Assembly: GCA_024137785.1 (NCBI GenBank)
Contig: JAHRHZ010000263.1
Span: 37,136,843 to 37,200,842, forward strand
DNA from: Ginglymostoma cirratum
Lineage: Eukaryota
Reading direction: 5' to 3'
DNA length: 64,000 nucleotides
Made by a program: the position numbers and the translations under genes. Under the pieces are notes generated by a model that worked only from the letters and a program-made list of their open reading frames with translations, was not told where the DNA came from and did not search any database. Below, one piece after another: positions 36,451 through 47,445 of this stretch; position 1 is the first letter of the stretch, and the number at the start of each line of letters is the position of its first letter.

Positions 36451-38882
36451 ATGGAGGGGTGGGGGGCGGTCCCCAAATGTTGATTTTCTGGTTTATGAAC
36501 ACTTGTACTTCCATACACAATCCCATATAGGGGTGTAATTTTAAAGACCTGATGTGCAAACATTTCTCATACTTATGAACAGCTGCTTTACATTCCGACT
36601 CGGACAAATTGACTTGCAAGTGGACACCAGAATGGAACCTGTTGCAACCGAGGGACTGCTTGTATTCCTGTTCCTGTCTCTTGTATTTTTATGTCTTCTG
36701 AACTTTGGGTTCTTGAAAGCAACCCCTTCTGTCTGGTGTTCTGGGATAAACATTGGAGAGACAGGGAAATATCAAAGCTGTCGGGTCTGGGCCTCTCCTG
36801 CGCACCACCTAACAGATAGTTACAAAGAAAAGAGTTGTTTATAAGGCAACTTTCACACTTTCAGGACTTGCCAAAGCACTTTCCAACCCATCACCTATTT
36901 TGGAAATACTGTCACTGCTGTAATTAAAACTGCATCAACCAATCAGTGCACAGTAAGTTCTTACAAACTGATGGAATATGGCCAGGTTTTTTTTTTCTTG
37001 AGGCATCCGTTATGGAGTAAATGTTCTTCTTCATCTGGTGGAATGGGATCCTTTATATTAACAGGATAGTGTAGAGAGGGCCCATTGAAGTAGGTTGTCT
37101 CTGTGTTTGCTGCAGAGAGATCACAACTGGTGTAAACATTCCCGTGTCAGAGAAAGACTAGAAATCCCTCCCTCCCCCAAAAAAAAATGCTGTAGAGGTT
37201 AGATCAGTAAAACAATTTCAAATTGATCTGGTTTTGCTGGACAAAGATACTGAGGATTACATAACTGAGGTTGTTAAATGGACTTACATTACACATCAAG
37301 AGAAATCTTAACTGATTGGTGGATCAGATTCAAGGGGCTGAATGGCTTACTCCTGTTGCCATGTTCTTAGAAACTGCAAAGTTGGCACTGGAGGCTTTGA
37401 CTTTGTTTCAGCAGTGAAATAGCCTCCTGACCATTATTGTCTTACTCTCATCACAGCATGGCCCAAAGCCAGGGACACCAGGGGGTACCTGCACCACAGA
37501 CAATCAGGAAATAACATGAGAAAGCAGGAGAACATAGCAGCTGGCCTATTTGAAACCACATTCAGATCAGTAAAAGCTTGTTCTGCAGAGATTCTCTCAT
37601 ACGACCACAGAATGTATGTGGATAAATTTGGGTTTCTACTGGAACTGAAACTAAAGTCAGACAAATCAAAGACTGTCTTATTGTCTTTTATGGAACTGTT
37701 TACATAGAAAGCCCGTGGGGAAAATCCTGCCTGGGATCTATTTCCTTCTCTTATAGCTTCACTAGTGCGCCCTCATGTGGTGATAATTATAAGCAGAAGC
37801 TGAACCTTATTAGATTCTCAGTGGCGTTGATATTAACATTGTATACAAAAATGGGTGGTAATGAATTGCAGCCTGTTTTACATCACTCCCTATTCTTACT
37901 TCAGTTCTCTCCACTGTGATATAGAATGGATATGTAAGTGGAATTTCATATAGAGAAGTGTGAAGTGATGCATTTTGGCAGAAGCAGCACGAGGTATAAT
38001 ATATACTTAATATCCTGAAGTTATTGAGTGTGAAAGCAGGAAAGTTATGCTGAACCTTCGTAAGGCTTTGGTTAGTCCACAACTAGATTATTGCATTTAA
38101 TACTCTAGTTGTGGCTGCACAGTTTAAGGATAGAAGGGTCGATGAGAATGTGTAGAAGAGATTTATCAGAATGGTTCCAGGAATGGGAGACTTTACTTAC
38201 CTTGGAAGGTTGAAAAGGTTTGTGTTATTCTCTTTCGAGCAGAGGACATTTGATAGAAGTGTACACGACTACTAAGAATAAAGTGCTGGGGAAGCTGTAA
38301 GGTCTGAAGGTGGATAAATCACCTGGACCAGATGGACTGCACCTCAGAGTTCTGGAGGAGATAGCTGAGTAGATTGTGGAGGCATTGGTGGTGATCTTTC
38401 ACTGTAGTCAGGGAGAGTCCCAGAGGACTGGGAAGTGGCTAATGTAACACCCCTATTTAAGAAAGGAGAGAGGTAGAAGATGGGAAATTATAGGCTGGCT
38501 AGCCTGACCTCGGTTATTGGTAAGATTTTACAGTCCATTATTAAGAACAAAATTACGGAGCACTTGGAATTGCTTGGTAACATAGGACTAAGTCAGCATG
38601 GTTTCACAAAGGGAGGTCATGCCTGACAAATCTATTAGAATTCTTTGAGGAGATAATGAGCAATTTAAACAAAGGAAAGCCAGTGCATGTGATCTATTTC
38701 TATTTCCAGAAGGTCTTTGACAAGATACCGCACTGGAGGCTGCTAAGTAAGATGAGAGCCCATGGTGTTTGGGGCAAGGTACTGGTATAGGTAGAGGATT
38801 GGCTGACTAGCAAAAGTCAGAGAGTGGAGATATTAGGGGTGTTTTGCAGGATGGCAGCTGGTGATGAGTGGAGTTCCACAGG

Positions 38883-39318
38883 GACAAAAACAGAAGTTAC
38901 TGGAAAAGCTCAGCAGGTCTGGCAGCATCAGTGAAGAAAACGCAAGAGTTTTTTTTTATTCATTCACGGGATGAGGGTGTCGCTGGCCAGGCCGCATTTA
39001 TTGCCCATCCCTAATTGCCCAGAGGGCAGTTAATTGTCAACCACATTGCTGTGGGTCTGGAGTCACATGTCGGCCAGACCAGGTAAGGATGGCACTTTCC
39101 TTCCCTAAAGGGCATGAGTAAACCAGATAGATTTTTCCAACAATCGACAATGGATTCATGATCATCATTAGTCTCTTAATTCCAGGTATTTTATTGAATT
39201 CAAATTCCATCATCTGCCGTGTCAGGATTCAAACCCAGGTCCCCAGAACATTATCTGGGTCTCTGGATTCACAGTCTAGCGATAATACATTCCGGGTTCG
39301 GTGACCCTTCCTCAGAAT
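38883..39318 (-). mobile_element. Hammerhead-headed Penelope-like unit with a 10-bp TSD, itself split by a SINE
   Basis: TSD gttccacagg at 38873-38882 and 39319-39328. The unit halves are 38883-38950 and about 39288-39318. Confidence 0.8.
38950..39288 (-). mobile_element. tRNA-derived SINE family 2 whose tail is shared with CR1-group family B
   Basis: T run and attcattc tail, catttattgcccatccctaattgccc, a conserved core and the reverse B box ggattcaaaccc. Confidence 0.8.
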
Positions 39319-40469
39319 GTTCCACAGGTGTCAGTTTTGGCCCAGAACTATTCACGTTATACAGCAACAGACAGGATGAAGGAACTGAGGGCATTGTTGC
39401 CACATTTGCAGATGACACAAAGATAGGTGGAGGAACAGGTCATATTGAGGAAGCAGAGAGGCTGCAGAAAGACTTGGGCAGGCTAGGAGAGTGGACAAAG
39501 AAATGGCAGATGGAAAGCAATGTGGGAAAGTTTGAGGTTATGCACTTTGATAGGAAGAATGAAGGTTCTGCGTTAACATGCAGGTTCACTTGGCAGTTAG
39601 AAAGGCAAATGCAATGTTAGCGTTCATTTTGAGAGGGCTAGAATACAAGAGCAGGGATGTACTGCTGAGGCTGCATAACCTGTGGTCAGACCGTATTAGG
39701 AAAATTGTGAGCAGTTTCGGACCATATATCTAAAGAAGGAGGTGCTGGTGTTGAATGGGGTCCAGAGGAAGTTTACTGTAATTATCCAGAGAACGAGGGG
39801 CTTGTCGTATGAGGAGCAGTTGAGGACTCTGGGTCTGTACTCAAAGGAGTTTAGAAAGATGAGCAGGGATCTCACTGAAGCTTGCAGAATACTGAGAGGC
39901 CTGGATAGAGTGAACGTAAAGAAGACGTTTCCACTAATGGGAGAGAGTAGGAACTGAGAGCACAACCTCAAAGTGAAGGGACAACCCTTTAGAACTGAGA
40001 TAAGGACGAATTTCATTAGCCAGAGGGTGGTGAATTTGTGGAACTCATTGCCACAGGAGGCTGTGGAGACCAAATCGTTGAGTGTATTGAAGACAGAGAT
40101 ACCTAGTTTCTTGATTAGTAAGGGGATCAAGGGTTACGGGGAGAAGGCAGGATAATGGTATTAAAAAACATAACAGACGTGATCGAATGAAGGAGCAGAC
40201 TCGGTGGGCTGAATGGCGTATTTCTGCTGCTGTATCCTATGGTCTTATGGCAGGCTTAGATAAGGTAGAGAAGAAAAATCTGTTCCCACTAGCTGATATT
40301 TCATGAACCGGAAGACAAAGATTTAAGATTTGGTGGGGTGAATATGAGGAGGAACTTCTTTGCACAATGAATGCTAATGATCTGGAATTCACTGCTCTCA
40401 AACATGATGGAAACTCAAACTGCCATTGCTCCAGAAAGAAATAATCAGACAGGGCTACAAAGATCAACT

Positions 40470-40590
40470 AAGGGCTCTTGTGGTACAGTGATAGTGTGTC
40501 TACCTCTGAGCCAGACGACCCAGGCTCAGGTCCCAACTGCTCCAGCAGTGGGTAATAACATCTCTCAACAGGTTGATTAGAAAATATACC
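40470..40590 (+). mobile_element. Short tRNA-derived SINE inside a CR1 tail
   Basis: gggctcttgtggtacagtgatag is A-box like and ggctcaggtccc is B-box like. Confidence 0.45.
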
Positions 40591-40834
40591 AAAAAGAAAT
40601 GTGGACCAGTCAGGAGAGGCCACAGGGCCTCCTTTTGTGCTGCAAATTACTCTCTGACTTTGGGTTTTGCAGTGATTCTCTTCCCTTTCCTATTGCAGCT
40701 TTTGGCATTTTGGGAACAGATGAGTCCTGTCGATGATCTATCTATGTGCACCAGGCAGCCATCATTGAATCTCCCCCTCACTTCATTCACTTTGGCAGGA
40801 GTAGCTGCCTAACTTCCTGTTGTACAAAATTAGA

Positions 40835-41270
40835 AAGTAATTATCATGATGCTGAGGGGCTGGAGAAGCTGGAATTGTTTTTTTCAGAACCAGGAACGTG
40901 AAGGGAAGATTTGTGTAGAGGTGCTGTAGATAATGTGGGTTTTGTTGGAGTTCATAGGGAGTAACTGTTTCCACTTTCAGGAGGCTCAATGATCTGAGGA
41001 CATCAATTTATGATCCTTGGAAATAGAAAGGAGGTCAGGAGAATTTATTTTAGGCAGTGAGTTCTTCCAATGTGGAATGAACTGCCTCATAGGATTGTGG
41101 AACCAGATTCAGAAGCAACTTTCAGAAAGGAATTGGCTAAATCCTTTAAGTGGAAAGATTTTCAAAATGATAGAGCTCAGACATGTGACTAAATTGATAA
41201 CTCTTTGAAATATGGTCACAGACACAATGGGTAGAATGGCCTCATCCTGAGTTGTATACTTCTTCGATGG
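40835..41270 (+). mobile_element. Old CR1 3' fragment
   Basis: ctggagaagctggaattg..gggaagattt..tgtggaatgaactgcct..tgggtagaatggcctc. Confidence 0.6.
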
Positions 41271-41650
41271 CTATGGTGCCTGTATGTATTCAGAGGCCAA
41301 ATATTTAACTGTGCAGAGCTTCCTCCTGTTTATCTTAGCCTTTCCCCTTTTCTTCCTAATGGGTAAGGAATAGGACCCTACATCCGAATGATATTCTTGA
41401 CTGATGTGAAGGTGGCCTGTATGGGATGCAAAGATCCATATTTCCTGCAGCTTCGTCTGAATGGTTAACCCAAGGTTCTGATGTACCTTTAGTGCTGAAG
41501 AGACTTTTTCCACTTGCCAGTCTAGTCTATCAATCCCACGCATGCATGTATATGACATTAGCATTTGTTCCCCATGATGAATCTAATTGTTTCAAAGTAG
41601 TTACACAATGTATTGTGTCACTTCCATTAATAACTGTATTCCTTTTGCAG

Positions 41651-41767
41651 TTCTCCAAGGATGTACTGGCCAATTCGTATTCTGCATACATTGATAACTT
41701 TCTTAATGCCAAAGAAGCTGTGCGACTGGCCAAAGATGCAAAACCAGCATTTATTAAGTTTTTGGAG
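41651..41767 (+). CDS. ARHGEF17: Next coding exon of the ARHGEF17-type DH domain: FSKDVLANSYSAYIDNFLNAKEAVRLAKDAKPAFIKFLE
   Basis: Acceptor ttccttttgcag and donor gtaagg at 41768. The exon is 117 nt, phase 0/0, and continues the previous exon in frame (recalled human FSKDVLVNIYSAYIDNFLNAKDAVRVAKEARPAFLKFLE). Confidence 0.94.
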
Positions 41768-41789
41768 GTAAGGACCTTGGTTAGTTCTG

Positions 41790-42030
41790 CAGCAGGATTG
41801 GGAGCAGATTGATGTGGATTAGTGATGGAGCTGGAAGTGGATCAATGTGGATTAGTGAAGGGACTGGAAGTGGATCGTTGTGGGTTAGTGATGGGACTGG
41901 AAATGGATCGATGTGGATTAGGTTTGGGGCTGGAAATGGATCGATGTGGATTAGTGGTGGGGCTGGAAGTGNNNNNNNNNNATGTGGATTAGTGATGGGG
42001 CTGGAAATGGATCGATGTGGATTAGTGGCT
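41790..42030 (+). repeat. 33-bp minisatellite containing a 10-N assembly gap (41972-41981)
   Basis: Unit approximately gatgtggattagtgatggggctggaa(g/a)tggatc, at least 6 copies; it gives the 11-aa periodic ORF at 41809. Confidence 0.9.
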
Positions 42031-43343
42031 GCTACGATGGGGCTGCTATGGGACTAACTCAGTCATTGTGTGTCAGTAGGTGGTGGGGCTGACTCAGTCT
42101 GAGGCTATAACTATCTGCCCCATTTGGAGCAGAGTTCGTAATGCCTCTGGCCAGTGACAGTACTTAAAAAAGAGGACAAGAAGGGGCAGGTTGGAAATGC
42201 ATGGAGTTGACTGAGTAATGGAGTTGGTTGGAGGCAGGATTGATTTGGGAATAAGGTGATTCTGACTTCACCATTGTACATTTACGACATTACAAGCTAC
42301 AACTGGCTGGGTATTCATGGCTGTTGCAGGAATCTGGTGGTAGGTTCACTCCTGGGTAGCAAACACACCCCAGTGCCAACCATCTACTGATTTGCACTTA
42401 TGAGCATGTGTAAGCCTGAAATACAGAAGGGATGGATCAGCTAGGCAATGTATGGTCCAGAGGTGGGTGACAGGATGGAGGAGATAACATATTTGGGAAG
42501 GTGCTGTGAGTTGGCCAGACCTGGCAATCATTGCTGTGGCTGCTGTCTTTGAATGATCTTTATAAAGGAAAGATTCCGCAAATCTCAAATTGGCCAGGGC
42601 ATCTGTAGAGCTGGAAGCCAGGGCAAGGTAGAAAAGTGTTAGGATTATTAAAATTCATTTGCTGGGCAATGGATTCCCATCATTCCTAGCCCTGCCTCCC
42701 ACCCAATAAGCAAAACAAGATGGAGCATAAAGACTGACTGGGACAGAATTCCCCTTCTCCTGGTGTGGTGGAATTTCTCCGTGTCCTTCGAGAGAGATAT
42801 ATCTTCCTGGTCCTGAGGACAGTGCCTTGAAGGTAGCACTGAGAGGAGATTTTGGAATGAGGTGAGCTGGTCAGTGACACAACCTTGTTGAAAGCACGTT
42901 GCCATGGGTAATGGCTATCCTCCCTTCAGTAGCGGGTAATTAATTTGAGTAATGAAGTGCCCTGTTTTAGGCTGATCAGAAATTGACTGACTCCATGCTA
43001 ATTTTAAAGCCTGCACGTAGCTGGTCTGAGGTGGAGGGAAGGACGAGATCCATGAGACCTCATTTCCTGACTACAAGCCTGCTCCCTGTCCCACCAGAGC
43101 AGCATGGATCTGTGGTGTGCAACTACATCTGTCCAACCCATCCAGGAAAACCCTTCATTGACTGCCTTTGGCAAGATGGGCATCCTGGCAACAAATGCAG
43201 AAATGGATTCAATAGTGATTATTTGTGAGAAGTGTAAGATTCCATCCACCTTGTGATTTGTGAATTGTTAATGTGTTGTTACAAGGCATTGTGAGGAAAC
43301 TGATACTCCTCATACTCGAAGAACAAGGTTAAGAGAGTGTGTA

Positions 43344-43557
43344 AAAACCGAAAGGACTGCGGATGCTGTAAATCAGGAACGAGAACAGAAGTTGCTGGAA
43401 AAGCTCAGCAGATCTGGCAGTATCTGTGAAGAGAAATCAGAGTTAATGTTTCACATCCAGTGACCCTTCAGAGGACCCAAAACATTAAGTCTGATTTTTT
43501 TCTTCACAGATGCTGCCAGACCTGCTGAGCTTTTCCAGCAACTTCTGTTTTTGTTCT
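43344..43557. mobile_element. Palindromic Penelope-like element with inverted arms of about 80 bp
   Basis: The arms at about 43375-43452 and 43478-43557 are near-perfect reverse complements, and the centre is made of truncated hammerhead cores. Confidence 0.8.
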
Positions 43558-43579
43558 AAAAGGGTGTATATTTAAAGTG

Positions 43580-43875
43580 ATCTGTAAAACAAAAACAAGG
43601 GTGAAGTGAGGAAAAGATCTAAAAACTTTTTCACTCAGCAAGTAGTCAGGGTGCATTGCCTGGAAGTGTGGTGGAGGCAGATTCAATTGAGAAATTCAAG
43701 AGGGCATTGGGTGATTATTTGCATAAAAATACGACGCTCAAATTCCTTCATGTTCAAGGTTCTGGGTAAAAGTAGGATTAGCTCACAGTAATGATGCTCA
43801 TTTAGTGAGGCAGAGCCAGTACAGTGGGCAGAATGCCCTCTTTTGTGTGCCATGACAATTCTGTGATTCTGTGAA
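43580..43875 (+). mobile_element. Old CR1 3' end ending just before the exon acceptor
   Basis: KNFFTQQVVRV remnant, gtgggcagaatgccctc hairpin and ttctgtgattctgtga tail. Confidence 0.7.
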
Positions 43876-43893
43876 CTTTTTCTTATGTCGCAG

Positions 43894-43986
43894 CAAAGCA
43901 TGAGGGAGAATAAAGAGAAGCAAGCACTGTCTGATTTAATGATCAAACCGGTTCAGCGAATTCCCCGATATGAACTTCTGATAAAG
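43894..43986 (+). CDS. ARHGEF17: Next coding exon of the ARHGEF17-type DH domain: QSMRENKEKQALSDLMIKPVQRIPRYELLIK
   Basis: Acceptor tttttcttatgtcgcag and donor gtaaga at 43987. The exon is 93 nt, phase 0/0, and contains the DH signature LMIKPVQRIPRYELL. It is too short to appear in the ORF track. Confidence 0.95.
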
Positions 43987-44351
43987 GTAAGAAAGTGTAA
44001 GATCAAAATTGAAAAACAGTATAAAAAGGAAGCCAACTAACTTAGAAAATACTGACGGCTTAATGCAAGCAGGAAATTGCATAATATAGTACGGATGGCA
44101 GAATATGACAATCTCAAGGTTTAATTATTTGTATGTATGTAAAACGAAATAATATTTTCAGCTTGAAGTATAATTTCGAACATTTGGAACATTCACTTTC
44201 TGGGTTATCTGCCTGAATGGTGTAGTGCAGGGAATGTAATGACAAGGAGTGGGACTTCAGCCATTCTCCAGTATTACTTACTCCAGCACAGATGTCAGCT
44301 CCTTTATTGACATTCATTGACTTTCATCTTCAGCTTAAATGAGCAGCTTGG

Positions 44352-44705
44352 GGAGATGATACTGTTGTGTTAATGTCACTGGATTAATGGCCCAGGGTAA
44401 TGCTTCAGGACAAAGGTTGAAATCCCACCATGGCAGCTGTTGGAATTTAATTAATAAATCTGGCAGGTAAAGCTATTTTTGGCAATGATGACCATGAAAC
44501 TTTCATCGGCTGTTGCAAAAACCCTCCTGGTCCACGGATGTGCTTTTGGAAAGGAAGTCCTAGACTTTAGCGAGTCTGGCCAACATGCGAGTTCTGAAGC
44601 AATGTCATTGACAGCCCTCTGGAGTGACCGAGAGAAAGCCAGGGCTGTTTACAACACACGAAAGAATGTTATAAAAGCTTACCAATGCGCTTGGTGAGTG
44701 ACATT
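44352..44705 (+). mobile_element. tRNA-derived SINE family 2 (decayed)
   Basis: taatgtcactggattaat..ggttgaaatcccaccatggcag..ggaaaggaag..gtctggccaacatgcgagttc. Confidence 0.55.
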
Positions 44706-45409
44706 CTCATGAGAGGCTGCTGGATTACAAAAGTTTTGAAAATTGCTTTCAGAAAATCCCAGAAGGAGCATTTGTGTTGTGATCTCTGCTTTCAAAGTGG
44801 AGGGAGCGAGTGTAGGTGAGTTTGTTGTCTTGAGATTATTTCAGCCTTTCAGTTCAATGCTAAACCCATGCTCTGAAATTGCCAGCTCAGGGATGTTGGC
44901 AGTGCAGCAAATATTTTATGTGTTCTGCACCAACATTTTTCAGAAGATTTATTTATTTCCCCCACGACTGTTGTTAGACTCCAGTTGTACTAATTTTAAT
45001 GGAATAATTTATAAATCTGGAAGCATATTTTGCAAGGTTTATCCTGATGGATTGCTTCTTTGTATGAGCAAATCTTGTGCCAACTGTGAGGTGACCTGCA
45101 GTAACTTTGTACTGTAACACTGAGATGTAGCGCACCCTCTAATAACAGGGAAACATTTTAAAACACTCCAGCCTGGATTATCTGCTCACCACCCTGTGAT
45201 TTGCTGAGATTAACTGTATTCCATGGGTAATCACAGGCAACTTGTAAAAGAAGCCGAAAATCCAACAGCCTCACTGTAACTAATGCCTTTACTGTGACAA
45301 GCCAACATATACCACCTCTCATGTCCTGTCCACTGATCTTAATTAATACACTATTGGTGGTGTACCTTTAATTCCCTAGGTTTCAAACTCAGAAATTCCC
45401 TCCCTAAAA

Positions 45410-45565
45410 CTTTCTGCTTTCTTCCTCTGCTCTGCTTGGTTCTTTCCTTCCTGTCTCACCATCCTTCCCTTTCCTCCCTTCCCCACTCTTACTCTCCTGT
45501 TTTCCTCTTTTCTTCCTTCCTCACTCCTTCCTTTTTTCCTTTCTGTTTCTTGTCTGTCTCTCCAC
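45410..45565 (+). repeat. Pyrimidine-rich low-complexity tract
   Basis: Almost entirely C and T for about 150 nt. Confidence 0.7.
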
Positions 45566-45776
45566 CTGTTCTAATACCTCATGTTGTGTGATATAAAAAT
45601 GTTTGCCAACACTGTGAAGCTTCTTGGGACTTTTTACAGCTTTAAAGGTGCTTTGTAAATGCAGGCTGCTGTTTGTTGCTCACTTGCTATTGAGGTAAAC
45701 ACTATTGTTATTGCACACACTTTGTGAAGCTGCTAAGGATTTCATGGAGTCAGTCAAAGAAATAATTCAGTGTGCT

Positions 45777-45981
45777 TTATTCAGTACAGTGCGGAACTGG
45801 AGGAGCACAGCAGGTCAGGCAGCATCAGAGGAGCAGGAGAGTCAACGTTTCGGGTTGGGAGCCTTCATCCTGACCTGAAACATTGACTTTCCTGCTCCTC
45901 TGATGCTGCCTGACCTGCTGTGTTCATCCAGCTCCACACTGTACTGACTCTGACTCCGGCATCTGCAGTTCTTGCTATCTG
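45777..45981. mobile_element. Palindromic Penelope-like element with an 11-bp TSD
   Basis: TSD ttcagtgtgct at 45766-45776 and 45982-45992; inverted arms at about 45782-45855 and 45872-45948. Confidence 0.85.
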
Positions 45982-46414
45982 TTCAGTGTGCTCTGCGCAC
46001 CAAAGCCACAACACTGAGATATTTCAGCAACCACTTCTAATTAAAGAAAAGTAGTTTTGTGTGCTTGGAATGATTTTGTTCATGCGTCGGCATGTGCCTT
46101 TACTCAGAAGTGTCGACCTGTTTAGATCTGTTACTGTAAGTTACACCATTTACCAGTTTCGAGTTTATGTTAAGTGCTCTTCCAGGCACAGCAACACTGG
46201 TGACATCTCGAATTGGTCCCAATATTTTAAGTGGGTGTGGGGCTAACTCGGATTTAATTTAATATTAGCATATCACAGAGAGTAAGACACCCTTGTGGAA
46301 GTGCTAGATATCGTTCTTTTGTCTGCAGCTAATTGTACATCTTCAATATTTCTGGAGAAGAACTGGAACATACGATGAGATGAACCTAGATACGAGGGCT
46401 AACTCCTTGGGATT

Positions 46415-46790
46415 CTGGTGGTACATTGGTAATATTACTGCACTAGAATCTAGAAGTCTGGACTAATGGTCTAGAGGCATGAGTTCAAATCGCATTATGG
46501 AAGCTGAGGAAGTTTGTAATCAATAGATTCGTAAATATAAAATAAAATGCTAGTTCCATTAATAATGATCACGAAACGACTGGATTGCCATTAAAAGTAC
46601 ATTTCTATTGGCTGATGTTCTTCATGGGAGGAAATTAGCCATCCTTTCCTGGTCTGTTCTAAACATGACTCCAATACCACAGGGGATGTGATTAAGTCTA
46701 ATACGCTGTGTGACGCAAGAAGACAGTTCAATACCAGCTTTTTAAGAGTAATAAGGGATGGGCAATAAATCACATACCAGAAAGCAAAAG
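46415..46790 (+). mobile_element. tRNA-derived SINE family 2 (decayed)
   Basis: ggtggtacattggtaat..gagttcaaatc..gggatgggcaataaat. Confidence 0.6.
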
Positions 46791-46853
46791 AAAGATCATA
46801 TGTAGATTATTTTAGCGATTGATTTGTGTATGAAGACAGAATGAAGACAAAAT

Positions 46854-46945
46854 TTCTGAAGAACGTTCCTGACCCGAAACATCAGCTTTCCTGTTCCTCT
46901 GATGCTGCCTGGCCTACTGTGTTCATCCAGCTCCACACTGTGTTA
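46854..46945 (+). mobile_element. Hammerhead-headed Penelope-like short unit
   Basis: ttCTGAAGAacgttcctgacccGAAAcatcagc followed by ctctgatgctgcctggcctactgtgttcatccagctccacac. Confidence 0.7.
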
Positions 46946-47039
46946 ATTAGGAAATCTAGTTTTGGTCTTACGTGTTTATTTTTCATCAAACTACTTTTTA
47001 ATGTAACCCTGCTTTAATACTAGAAAGTTAACATACCCT

Positions 47040-47445
47040 CAGAAATTCATCAAAGATTCATAGACAGCACCTTCCAAATCTACATAAAAACCAGAAGAAC
47101 TGCAGATGCTGGAAATAAGAGACAAAATCGGAAATTGTTTCCAAACCCACGACCTCTTCCATCACGAAGGGCAAGAACAGCAGATACATCGGAAAACCAC
47201 CACCTGATAATTTCCCTCCAAACTAATCACCATACTGAGTTAGAAATAGCCTGCTGTTCCTTCACCGTCACTGGGTCAAAATCGTGGATTTCTCTCCCTA
47301 ATGACATTGTGGTTCAACCCACAGCACGTAGACTGCAGCAGTTCAAGAAGGCAGCTCACCACCACCTTCTAAGACACAACTAGGGGCAGGCAATAAATGC
47401 TGACCCAGCCAGCAACTCCCACCTGCCATGAATGTATAAAAAAAT
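47040..47445 (+). mobile_element. CR1-group family B 3' end with a small Penelope-like insert (about 47085-47137)
   Basis: SFTVTGSKSWISLP..QQFKKAAHHHLL, then ggcaataaatgctg and an A tail. Confidence 0.75.

Larger units (their letters stand above)
37905..40250 (+). mobile_element. CR1 ORF2 remnants (37905-38270 and 38275-40250); the second hosts nested insertions
   Basis: KSPGPDGLH, NYR, GVPQ|GSV, TFADDTKIGG and NFISQRVVNLWNSLP motifs; tail cctatggtcttatgg. Confidence 0.85.

Noticed and set aside
41809-42057. ORF with MWISDGAGSGS repeats
   Set aside because: It is the translation of the 33-bp minisatellite, crosses an N gap and has no splice support.
42300-42950. Possible Harbinger-type transposase remnant on the minus strand
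   Set aside because: The resemblance is only faint and frameshifted. It needs tBLASTn or an HMM search to support.
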